From: Alphaproteobacteria bacterium
GTDB lineage: Bacteria > Pseudomonadota > Alphaproteobacteria > MPNO01 > UBA830
DNA: 64,000 nt
Direction of reading: 5' to 3'
Assembly: GCA_965243135.1 (NCBI GenBank)
Contig: OZ251539.1
Location: forward strand, 768,001 to 832,000
Shown: positions 11,051 through 20,110 of the stretch, piece by piece
Layout of the letters: each line of letters starts with the position of its first letter
Numbering within the stretch: position 1 is the stretch's first letter
Made by a program: the position numbers and the translations under genes
Notes under the pieces: model-generated
Told to the model about the DNA's origin: nothing
Databases searched by the model: none
What the model saw: only the letters and a program-made list of their open reading frames with translations

Positions 11051-12711
11051 TTCCGTCGTCCGGCGCCTCGATTCGAACGGGGGAAGACGCGCGCCGCGCC
11101 ATGCTGCGCGGCATCGACCTGCTGGCGGACGCGGTTTCGGTGACGTTCGGCCCCTGCGGTCGAACCGTGCTGGTCGAAGGGCGGGACGCTTCCGGGCCGT
11201 GCGTCGTCCGCGCCGGCGCGACGGTCGCGGACTCGCTGGATCCCCCCGGGCGCTTCGAGCGGACCGGCTTTCGGCTGCTTCGGCGCGCAGCCCGGCGCGT
11301 GGGCGAGGACCTTGGAGACGGCACCACGACCGCCGTCGTTCTCGCCCGCGCCATCGCGGTCGGCACGCTTCGGGCGGTTGCGGCGGGGGTCGACGCGACG
11401 GCGCTGCAGCGCGCCGTCGCGTCGGGCGCGGATGCGGTGGTCGCGGAACTTCGCGCGCGGGCGACGCCGGCCGCGGGACGCAAGGATCTCGCTCGCGTCG
11501 CGGCGGTGTCCGCCGGCGGCGATGCCGCATTGGGCGACATGATCGCCGACGCGTTCGAAGCGGTCGGCGACGACGGACTCGTCTCCGTCGAAGCGGGGCG
11601 GTCGGTCGAGACGGCCTTGCTGCGGCGGAACGGGGTCCGGTGGGAAGGCGGCTACGTTTCGCCTTATTTCATGACGGATCCGGTCACGACCGAATGCAGC
11701 TACGAGGCCCCTCTCGTTCTTCTGACCGAACGCAAGCTCGAGTTCCACGAACCGCTCCTCAAGGCGCTGGAAACCGCGGTGCGCGCGCGCAGCCCTCTTT
11801 TGATCGTGGCCGGCGCCGTTACGGGCGAGGCGTTGCAGACGCTCGTGACCAACAAGGTCCGGAACAATCTTCGGGTCGTCGCCGGCAAGGCGCCGCTGTT
11901 CGGCGACCGCCGCCGCGAGATTCTCGAGGATGCGGCCGCCGCGACGGGCGCCCGTCTGGTTCCCGCGACGGACGCTCTCGGCCGTCCCGGCGACCTGGGG
12001 CGCGCCGACCGGGTCGTTCTCACGCGGGACGCGACCGAGATCGTCGGCGGAAAGGGGAAGGCTGCCGCGATCGAGGCGCGCATCGCCGAAATCCGCGCCG
12101 AGCAGGCGCGGGGCGGCGGCACGCCCAATCGCGGCAAGTTCCTGCGCGGGCGCCTGGCCTCCTTGGCCGGCGGAGCGGCGCTGGTGCGCATCGGCGGCGC
12201 CACGGATTCCCGGATTGCGGAGAGGCAAGCGCGCGCTACGGGCGCTGCGAACGCCGTCCGCGCCGCCAAGCGGGAAGGCATTTTGCCGGGCGGCGGCGTC
12301 GCGTACGTGCATGCCTCCCGGACGTTGCCCCCCGGCCGGACGCTGGAGGAGCGCGCCGCGCGCTCGATCCTCGGAAAGGCGCTCGCAGCCCCCATGACGC
12401 GCATCGTCGACAACGCGGGTTTCGACGGCCGGTCTCTCGCCATGCGCCTTCCCGGCGACGCGCGTTTCGGTTTCGACGTGCGGACCGGCAGGTTCGTCGA
12501 CCTTGCAAGGGCCGGAGTGGTGGATCCCGCCGCGGTCCTGGTTTCGGCGCTTCAGGCTGCGGCGTCGTTCGCCGTCTCGCTGGCGAACGTGGAGGTCGCG
12601 ATCGCGAAGCCGCCCCCGCCGGCGCGGCCGGTTCGTTCCGACGAAACGCCGTTCGGTCCGGAAGCCAAGGACATGACGGCCGAAGAGGCCCGAGGCTTCG
12701 GGCTCGTCTGA
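11047..12711 (+). CDS. Divergent GroEL/Cpn60-like chaperonin
   Basis: Full-length collinear similarity to GroEL (LADAV, GDGTTT, GYVSPYF, KAPLFGDRR, GGGVA, VDP); start is CTG 11047 or ATG 11101. Confidence 0.85.
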   Translation: MIPSSGASIRTGEDARRAMLRGIDLLADAVSVTFGPCGRTVLVEGRDASGPCVVRAGATVADSLDPPGRFERTGFRLLRRAARRVGEDLGDGTTTAVVLARAIAVGTLRAVAAGVDATALQRAVASGADAVVAELRARATPAAGRKDLARVAAVSAGGDAALGDMIADAFEAVGDDGLVSVEAGRSVETALLRRNGVRWEGGYVSPYFMTDPVTTECSYEAPLVLLTERKLEFHEPLLKALETAVRARSPLLIVAGAVTGEALQTLVTNKVRNNLRVVAGKAPLFGDRRREILEDAAAATGARLVPATDALGRPGDLGRADRVVLTRDATEIVGGKGKAAAIEARIAEIRAEQARGGGTPNRGKFLRGRLASLAGGAALVRIGGATDSRIAERQARATGAANAVRAAKREGILPGGGVAYVHASRTLPPGRTLEERAARSILGKALAAPMTRIVDNAGFDGRSLAMRLPGDARFGFDVRTGRFVDLARAGVVDPAAVLVSALQAAASFAVSLANVEVAIAKPPPPARPVRSDETPFGPEAKDMTAEEARGFGLV

Positions 12712-12742
12712 AGCGGACCCGGTTTCCGCCGCTCGGCGACGG

Positions 12743-15064
12743 TTACGCCGCTTCCCGCAGCATCCGCCAGATGCGTTCGGGCGTCGCCGGCATCGGGACG
12801 CTTTCCAGGCCGAGAGGAGCCAGCGCGTCGACCAGGGCGTTCATCATCGCCGGCAGAGCGCCGACCGCGCCGGCTTCCCCCGCTCCCTTGACCCCGAGGG
12901 GATTGGCGGGCGTCGGAACTACGTTGAAGCCGGTTTCGAAATCGCACAGGTCGTCGGCGCGCGGCATTCCGTAATCCATGAAAGAGCCGGCCAGGAGCTG
13001 GCCCGACTCGGGGTCGTAGGCGACCTCCTCCATGAGCGCCTGGCCGATGCCTTGGGCGAGGCCGCCGTGAATTTGTCCTTCCAGGAGCGACGGATTGAGG
13101 ATCGTTCCGAAATCGTCGATCACGACGTAACGCAGAAGCTCCGTCGATCCGGTTTCCGGATCGATTTCCACCTCGGCGACATGGCAACCGTTGGGGAAGT
13201 TGAGCGCGCCGGGACGAAACGCGGCGATTTCGTCGAGGCCGGGTTCCAGGTCTTCCGGCAGAAGCGCGGCGTCGTAGGCTGCCGCGGCCACGGCGGCGAT
13301 ATCCACCGACCGGTCGGTTCCGGCGACGGCGAAAGCGCCGTCTTCGAACGCAATGTCGTCTTCGGCGGCCTCCAGCAAGTGGGCCGCTATCCGCGTTCCC
13401 TTGGCGATGACCTTGTCCGTCGCGCGCGCCACCGCCGACCCTGCGAGGGCGGCGGACCGCGAGGCGAGGGTTCCTCGGCCGAAGCCGACCATGTCCGTAT
13501 CGCCTGCGACGTAACGCACGCGGTTCGGGGCGATCCCGAGGCGGTCGCAAAGGATCTGGGTAAAGGCGGTGGCATGGCCCTGCCCATGGTGGACAGAGCC
13601 GGCCATCAACGTAACGGAGCCGGTTTGATCGAAACGGATCTGCGCCGATTCGATCTCCGTTCCGGAGGCGCGGTGCACGGTGTTGGACATGCCCATTCCC
13701 CGAAGCTTGCCGCGGGCGCGGGCTTCCCGCCGCCGCTCCTCGAAACCGGCATAGCCGGCGAGCGCCATGGCGTCGTCCATGTTCTTTTCGAAGGCTCCGC
13801 TGTCGTAGGTGAAGGTAAGCGCCGTGCGATAGGGCATGGCGTCTTCGGGGATCGTGTTGCGGCGCCGCAGTTCCGCAGGGTCGGTTTCGAGTCGCCGCGC
13901 AGCCTGGTCGATCAATCCCTCCAGAACGGTGGACGCTTCCGGCCGTCCTGCGCCGCGATAGGGAGCGGTGCTGTGGGTATTGGTGAAGACGCCCGACACC
14001 CGGACGTGGATGGCGGGAATCGTATAGACGCCTGCGAGGGATCCCAGGTTGACGATCGGCGGCAGCGGGCCGCGCAACGACAAATAGGCTCCGAGACTGG
14101 CGAGGGTGGAGGAGCGGAGCGCGAGAAAGTTGCCTTGCGAGTCGAGCGCGAGGGCCGCGTCGGTCACGTTGTCGCGGGCCGAATCGTCGCTCGCCATGCA
14201 CTCCGACCGATCCGCGATCCACTTGACGGGGCGACCCGTTCGTTTCGACGCCCAGAGCGCGAGGCCGTTTTCCGGATAAACGTTGCTGTAGAGTCCGAAC
14301 GAGCCGCCGATGTCGGGCGCTATGACTCGGAACTTCGTTTCGGGCTCGCCGAATACCGAGCGCGCAAGTTCGGTGCGCAGGAGATGCGCCTGCTGCACGC
14401 CAGTGTACAGCGTGTACCGGTCAACTGCGGCGTCGTAATGACCGATGCAGCCTCGCGGTCCGATGGGCGCCGCGGTGACGCGGGAAATAAGGAAACGGCG
14501 CGAGACGACGACATCCGCCCTCGCAAACGCGGCGTCGACCGCTTCCCGGTCGCCGTCCTCGTGAAAGAAGCACTCGTTGTCCGGGCAATCCGCCCAAAGC
14601 CGGGGCGCATCGGCCGCAACCGCCTCCGCAGTCGCCGTCACGGAAGGCAGGATTTCGTAGTCGACACGGACTTGCTCCGCCGCGTCGCGCGCCTGATTCG
14701 CGGTTTCGGCCGCCACGAGCGCGACGTAATCTCCAACAAGGCGCACCCGGTCCGAGACCAGCAAGGGCCGAGGCGGCCGGTACATGTCTCCGCCGCCCCG
14801 GCGGAATCGCTTCTGGTCGCAGGGAAGGTGGCCGAGCCCGTCAGCCGCGCAATCCGCTCCCGTAAGCACTGCGAGGACGCCGGGCATTCCTGCGGCGGCA
14901 TCCGTATCGATCGCGCGGATCCGGGCGTGAGCGTGCGGCGAGCGCACGATCGCCGCATAAGCTTGGTCCGGCAGGTCGATGTCGTCGATGTACCGGCCCA
15001 TTCCCTTGAGGAGACGGGGATCTTCCAGGCGCGCAACCGGTTGGCCGATGGCGAACTCGCCCAT
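12743..15064 (-). CDS. Xanthine dehydrogenase/CoxL-family molybdopterin-binding large subunit
   Basis: RLEDPRLL, RSPHAHA, GGSFG, PYRGAGR, GQIHGG and KGAGEAG motifs. Confidence 0.92.
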   Translation of the reverse strand: MGEFAIGQPVARLEDPRLLKGMGRYIDDIDLPDQAYAAIVRSPHAHARIRAIDTDAAAGMPGVLAVLTGADCAADGLGHLPCDQKRFRRGGGDMYRPPRPLLVSDRVRLVGDYVALVAAETANQARDAAEQVRVDYEILPSVTATAEAVAADAPRLWADCPDNECFFHEDGDREAVDAAFARADVVVSRRFLISRVTAAPIGPRGCIGHYDAAVDRYTLYTGVQQAHLLRTELARSVFGEPETKFRVIAPDIGGSFGLYSNVYPENGLALWASKRTGRPVKWIADRSECMASDDSARDNVTDAALALDSQGNFLALRSSTLASLGAYLSLRGPLPPIVNLGSLAGVYTIPAIHVRVSGVFTNTHSTAPYRGAGRPEASTVLEGLIDQAARRLETDPAELRRRNTIPEDAMPYRTALTFTYDSGAFEKNMDDAMALAGYAGFEERRREARARGKLRGMGMSNTVHRASGTEIESAQIRFDQTGSVTLMAGSVHHGQGHATAFTQILCDRLGIAPNRVRYVAGDTDMVGFGRGTLASRSAALAGSAVARATDKVIAKGTRIAAHLLEAAEDDIAFEDGAFAVAGTDRSVDIAAVAAAAYDAALLPEDLEPGLDEIAAFRPGALNFPNGCHVAEVEIDPETGSTELLRYVVIDDFGTILNPSLLEGQIHGGLAQGIGQALMEEVAYDPESGQLLAGSFMDYGMPRADDLCDFETGFNVVPTPANPLGVKGAGEAGAVGALPAMMNALVDALAPLGLESVPMPATPERIWRMLREAA

Positions 15065-15067
15065 CCG

Positions 15068-15679
15068 CTATTCGAATATCCTGATGCCCAGCGGAGCGGA
15101 TTTGCCGCCGTTGGTAGGGGAGGTGTCGGCCGGGCAAGCGGATACCGCCGCCAGGATGTTCATTTCCGTGCGCAGGTCGATGTAATCGTCGGGTCCGACG
15201 GTCGTGGGCTTTATCGCGAAAGAGCCGTCCGTTCTCAGATCCACGCTCATGAAGACGTTGAACACGTCGACGATGTCGTCGCCGGAGACCCCGAAGGGCG
15301 CCAGCGCTTCGGCCAGATTCTCCTGGCAGGAGCGGTGGCCGTCCGCGATATTGTCACGCAATTCGTAGAGACGCTTCGAGCAGCGCCCGCCCATGTTTCC
15401 CCAATGGTCGCGGTAGCTGTCGGCCACCACGGTCATCATGACGTTCTCCCGCGGCGGTTTCGAGTAAAAGTACTTGAAGCTCTTCGACGTGCCGGTGCCG
15501 CAAATGACGTTGATCGCCCAAGTCTGTCCGACATGGTACATCTCGCGGCGGTCGTCGGCGTTGTAGAAGACGCAATCGCCCACCTGACCGCCCTCGATCT
15601 GGTGGATGCGAAGGGTTCGACCCCGCTTCACCTCGAATGCCCGCGCATGGCGGGCCGGGATGACGAACGATTCCGTCAC
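15068..15679 (-). CDS. DUF1989 / urea carboxylase-associated family protein
   Basis: GGQVGD, CQENL, FNVFM and VSACP motifs; GTG start overlaps upstream TGA. Confidence 0.8.
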   Translation of the reverse strand: MTESFVIPARHARAFEVKRGRTLRIHQIEGGQVGDCVFYNADDRREMYHVGQTWAINVICGTGTSKSFKYFYSKPPRENVMMTVVADSYRDHWGNMGGRCSKRLYELRDNIADGHRSCQENLAEALAPFGVSGDDIVDVFNVFMSVDLRTDGSFAIKPTTVGPDDYIDLRTEMNILAAVSACPADTSPTNGGKSAPLGIRIFE

Positions 15680-16080
15680 TGCTTGCGGTCGCTTTGCGTC
15701 CAGTCGTGGTCCGCGACGTCGAAGACGAGGCCGTTGGGATCCTTGTACTTCGTCTCCGCATCGACGCCGGGTATGTCGTCGGGCAACTCCATGAAGAAAC
15801 TGCCGCCGTTTTTTTCGATCAGATTGCCCGTCGCTTCCTTGTCGTCCACGATGAATCCCATGTGATGCAGCCCTGCCCACTCCGGGCCGTTGATGCCGCC
15901 CTTCGCGCCCTCCGGAAAATGCAGCAGCGTCAGGTTGACGGTGCCGTCGGAAAGCATGACGGCGTTGCCGTATTCGGTCTCGACGTCGCGCACGCGGTCG
16001 AGCTCGAATGTCCGCTCGTAGAATGCGGCGGCTTCCTGAAGGTTCGGAACCTGCATGGCGATATGCCGCAGCTTGCCCAT
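15676..16080 (-). CDS. VOC/glyoxalase family protein
   Basis: LRHIA, GLHHMGF and KDPNG motifs; RBS GGAGG. Confidence 0.85.
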   Translation of the reverse strand: MGKLRHIAMQVPNLQEAAAFYERTFELDRVRDVETEYGNAVMLSDGTVNLTLLHFPEGAKGGINGPEWAGLHHMGFIVDDKEATGNLIEKNGGSFFMELPDDIPGVDAETKYKDPNGLVFDVADHDWTQSDRKQ

Positions 16081-16523
16081 GGAAGACCTCCTCTTGTCGC
16101 GACCGCCATTTTGCGACGACAACGGATGGCTGTCCATACGGTTTTCGCACGGCATGGCGAAGCGCGCCGCGAGGGCGTCGAGACGCGCGGCGCCATGGTT
16201 CTTCTGGCATTGTCCGAATTTTCGAAGGGCCGCGTATGCGCGATTCCGCGCTGCAACGCTCCGGCCGGGCGGAGGGACGGTTCCGGGAACGGCATTCGAG
16301 AAAAACCGGGGTAATTTCAGGAAGCCGGGAAGAATCGTCGAGGCGCCGTCCCCGCTCGTCCTCCCGTGCATGGCACGAATTTGGCATGCCGGCATAGGAG
16401 GCGCCAGCTGTTCCCGATGTCGGCGAAACGCCGAGTTCACCGGCCATGTCCCGTCCATTCATGAGCTTCCGCCGATAGTCTGAAGATTCCGGCCGAGCCG
16501 TCGCGTTCGGTCCAGCCCTCGCT

Positions 16524-16606
16524 GGCCGTGCGCCGGACGCTTCAGGCGCTCCTGCAGGGTCAACTCTTGGGGATCGAAAGATTCGGAATTTTCGTCAGGA
16601 CCCTTG
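16524..16606. repeat. Direct repeat copy 1 (~83 bp)
   Basis: ggccgtgcgcc...cagggtcaactcttg...gattcggaatt...ggacccttg, recurring at 17246 and ~19305. Confidence 0.85.
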
Positions 16607-16865
16607 CTCGCTTCGCCCCTTCAAGTTTGACTGCCTCGTCGGCGAAGCGCACATCGCCGGAACCGTCCCTTGGACCGTCAGAAGCATGCGAGGGGTATGA
16701 TCGCGTCTCTCGCGCCATGGCCAAGGGAGAGGCGTCCAGTCCGCGTGTCGTGTTGACCAGTCGGTCATGAGGATGAACCGAAGATGACGACAGCCAAGCT
16801 GTCCCCGTGGGTCCCCGTCGGCGCGACAACGCCGGTCCTTCAGGCATTGGCATGAAGACCTGAGC

Positions 16866-17120
16866 ATGACTGCGCGGGATCGACTTCACCGGCTGGTGGA
16901 CGAGTTGCCGGAGAACGAGTTGGCGACAGCGGAGCGCGTATTGACCGGGTTGTCCGTGCTGTCGCTTTCCAACCCCGTCATCGCGGCGTTGGCTAAAGCT
17001 CCCAGGGACAACGAGCCGGTGACGGACCGGGAAGCGGAACGGATCGAGGAAGGCGAACGCGACCTGCGGGACGGGCGGATCGTCACGGGGGAACAGGTTC
17101 GCACGCGCCTTGGACCGTGA
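16866..17120 (+). CDS. Putative type II antitoxin
   Basis: Small protein (LHRLVDELPE...DNEPVTDREAERIEEG) with GTGA coupling to a RelE-like gene. Confidence 0.7.
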   Translation: MTARDRLHRLVDELPENELATAERVLTGLSVLSLSNPVIAALAKAPRDNEPVTDREAERIEEGERDLRDGRIVTGEQVRTRLGP

Positions 17121-17245
17121 ATGTCCGCTACACCGACAAGGCTGCGAAAGACTCGGAAAGCCTGCCGCCGAAAGCCCGGCAGCGCATTTTGAAGGCGCTG
17201 GATCGCTTTGCCGTGAGCGGCGTCGGCGACATGCGCGCCCTCGGC
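17117..17245 (+). pseudogene. RelE/ParE-family toxin, 3' truncated
   Basis: NVRYTDKAAKD...ARQRILKALDRF..GDMRAL; similarity ends at repeat copy 2, before the RLRVGxYR segment. Confidence 0.65.
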
Positions 17246-17412
17246 GGCCGTGCGCCCGATGCTTCAGGCGCTCCAGTAGGGTCAACTCTTGAGGATCGAG
17301 AGATTCGGAATTGTCGTTAGGGACCCTTGGTCACTTCTCATACAGACTCAGAAGGTCGTCGCAACCTTGTTTCAGTTCGGAAACCGAACATTGAAGGTAC
17401 AGAGATGCCGTA
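17246..17412. repeat. Direct repeat copy 2 (extends into the 3' end of the ImmA/IrrE gene)
   Basis: Aligns with 16524-16606 and 19305-19460. Confidence 0.85.
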
Positions 17413-18791
17413 TCATCCGATATCAATCCGGTCTCGTAGGATTTCGCCACCAAATATGCAAATCTGCCTTTGCGTTGATCCGTGGTCTTCTCCAGCGGAA
17501 AGTAATCGAGCGTGAAGTTCTCTCGAACGTTCCATTCATCCGACGGTTTTTCATTGTGCAGGCCGACAGTCGGAACATCGAATTGCCGATAGTGCGAATT
17601 GTGTATATGAAACGATGCTGCGGTTTGGCTGAGTCCAAAATTACGCATTACCTTGGCGACAGATTCGGGCGAAAAAGGCGTTGGCGTCATATCGCGAACT
17701 GCCTTGATTGGCGCAAGAAACGCGACCGCGAATGCGTTGGCTCGTTGCTCAACAAAATCCGTATTCTGAATCTGGGGATCAATTTCACTCTGCTCGTATG
17801 AATCAATTTTCAGTTTTTCCAGTCTTGGACCGGGATCGTAAAGGAGATGTCCGAGTTCATGAGCGAGAGTAGCCCTTCGGACCCAGACATTTTTGTTCTT
17901 CCCGGAGATATTCAGAACGATGCCGCGCGTTTCCTTTCCGGATGCGTCCGTTGAGACTATGGTCGCGCCAGCAATGTTTTCGTCGATAGAGGCTTGAACG
18001 ATCGCTATTCCTAACCGTTCTTCTACCAATTCTCTCATCGAGAGTATCGGGCTTTCTCCAAGATCGAGTTTTTATCGGGTATGTTCCGCAAAATTATAGC
18101 CGATTTTCCAAGCTGGATATTCCGAAGATCCATAATTGTCGTCTGTTTTGAATCGATCTGGATGTTGTCCTATTCCTAACCAGTCTTGGAGCCTGTTCTG
18201 TATTCTGACTATGGACGCAGCTTCCGCAAACTTCAGCGCGGTACGAGGGGAAAGAACCACGGAAACATCAGTATCTCGGTATTGAAGCGTCTTCAGTCTC
18301 ACTGCCAATTTATGGTCGCCGGAATCAGGAGTTTGTTGAGAAAGAAATCGTTCGTCTAGTCCCAAGACAAGAGCGATGTGGTTCAACGTTCGCAATGGTA
18401 TCTCCGATAGCGGTTCCTCAGCGATCCTGACGTCTCGTTCGGAAACGCGTTCGGACACGTCCGCGGCGTGCGCGACATCCGCATGCGAAAGTCCAAGGGT
18501 CTCTCTACGTTTCTTCAAAACGTCTGCGGTGGAATGTCTTGAAGACATCAGAATAGCCGAGCCATACTCGATCGCCTCTTCCAGTTTGCTGCGCCCAAAA
18601 GTCCTGAAAGCTTCTCGAACGGTAAGTTTAGGTCCGACCGCGTTTCTCTTCGGATCATACACGGCCAGCTGTGCCAAGCTCCGCACAAAGCATGGGGGCA
18701 GATCTCTTACAGCATCGTCCTCGTCAGTGTAGTTTCCGAGCTTCGGCACAGGGGGAGGATGCAAGCTATATTCTATATTGGCCATCATCAA
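17331..18791 (-). pseudogene. XRE-HTH plus ImmA/IrrE (M78-like) metallopeptidase, split by one in-frame TAA at 18072-18074
   Basis: Two ORFs in the same frame; HTH-like LKKRRETLGLSHADVA; ATLAHELGH and EQRANAFA motifs; lower GC than flanks. Confidence 0.8.
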
Positions 18792-19304
18792 CCTTTCCGA
18801 TGTCGGTTCGCACGATCAGTTTCCATATCCCAACCTAATGAGGTTGCGTTGTAGCTAAAATACCGGAATACCTGTGCGGCATGCTCCAGTTGATATTGGT
18901 GGATTGGAGGGTAGCGCCCTGACCCACCGGAAATGATAAGATTCATTTCGGAGATAAACTATAATTCGCCGCCAAGATATGCATTTCCTCCCGCTGTGAG
19001 ATTCGTATGTTTGGGAAAATTATTGCCGACGGAAGGTGTTTATTTTTTCGATACAGTACCCGCTATCAACTCCGAAGTGCAATACCGGCAGCCGGCAATA
19101 CCTGTAGCGAGGACAGTATGGGGATGGGTTGGCCGGTGAGTCAAGATGCCGGGGCGGCGGGACATTCGCCGCAGGGAGGGCGTAGCCCGACCGGAAGCGA
19201 ACGCCCCCGCCGCAACGAAAAAATCTCCCTTCCCCGGGGCCGGGCCGACGCCCGCCGTTTGTTCTGCGCCACGAACCGACGCGGCCGACCGCCCCGACGC
19301 GCAG

Positions 19305-19460
19305 GGCGCTTCCGGCGCACCTGCAGGGTCAACTCTTGAAGATCGAAAGATTCGGAATTGTCGTTAGGGATCCTCGGTCATTTCTCATACAGACTCAGAA
19401 GGTCGTCATAACCTTGTTTCGGATCGGAAGTCGAACATTGAAGATACAGAGCCGCCGTGT
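19305..19460. repeat. Direct repeat copy 3, carrying a diverged duplicate of the ImmA/IrrE C-terminus
   Basis: Minus strand reads TAALYLQCSTSDPKQGYDDLLSLYEK* versus TASLYLQCSVSELKQGCDDLLSLYEK*. Confidence 0.85.
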
Positions 19461-19537
19461 TGATAAGGGGAATTTCATCCCGCTCTTTGCTGCCGGGAAT
19501 CGAGGTTGGAAAAGCCCTTCGACCATCGCGCGGTCCT

Positions 19538-20110
19538 TTACCGACCATGCGCCACGGCTTCGACGCGCTGCGCCATCGCGTCGAAGTCCTCGGGACATTT
19601 TCGGCGGATCGCGGGGAGATTCCGCGCAGCTTCCTTGCTTAGCGCCTTGCGTCCGCCGCCCGGACCGTCCGAGACGCCGCGATCTCGGGCGAGCGGTTCG
19701 AAATACCGTTCCTTGACGTGGATCTCGGTGCGGACGTCATTCCAACGCCAGTCATCCGGCAAATCTAGGCCGGCGAGAACCCAGGTTTCGATCTCTTCCC
19801 ATGCGTTCACGGCGTGGAAGGTTCTGCTGTTTCCGAACTCGGTCTCGATGGAATCGAGCCGCGCCCGACGCTTTTCGTTGCCGTCCCGGTCCACGCACAA
19901 AATGAAAACATCCGTCGTCCCGTCGTACCGCTCCACGATTTCGTTCAGACGCTCGGACTTCAGCGCTTCGCCGACCCCGCCGAGCAGCGGATCCCTGCAC
20001 ACAAGGATGCGGGCGCACGGTCTGCCGACGGATCGAAAGAGCCGTTCGAACAACGGTTTCAGGGTATACTGATCGTTACGGAAATCCTCAGGAATGACGA
20101 GAACTCTCAT
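19538..20110 (-). CDS. DUF4276/RloB-like (TOPRIM-like) protein partnered with AAA ATPase
   Basis: VIPED, CVDRD and EIETWVLA motifs; ATGA overlap with the ATPase. Confidence 0.6.
   Translation of the reverse strand: MRVLVIPEDFRNDQYTLKPLFERLFRSVGRPCARILVCRDPLLGGVGEALKSERLNEIVERYDGTTDVFILCVDRDGNEKRRARLDSIETEFGNSRTFHAVNAWEEIETWVLAGLDLPDDWRWNDVRTEIHVKERYFEPLARDRGVSDGPGGGRKALSKEAARNLPAIRRKCPEDFDAMAQRVEAVAHGR

Noticed and set aside
12743-15064. Aerobic CO dehydrogenase (form I coxL)
   Set aside because: Lacks the AYxCSFR motif and the coxMS/accessory genes
16371-16386. Sigma54 promoter-like TGGCACGAATTTGGC
   Set aside because: The -12 element deviates from TTGC and it points away from the nearest operon
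19150-19215. REP-like GC-rich hairpin
   Set aside because: No second copy found in the window
16524-19460. Repeats as CRISPR or integron attC sites
   Set aside because: Spacing of 0.7-2 kb and the repeat length exclude CRISPR. The CCCTAAC...GTTGACC span is only ~43 bp with poor attC consensus, and there is no intI in the window.
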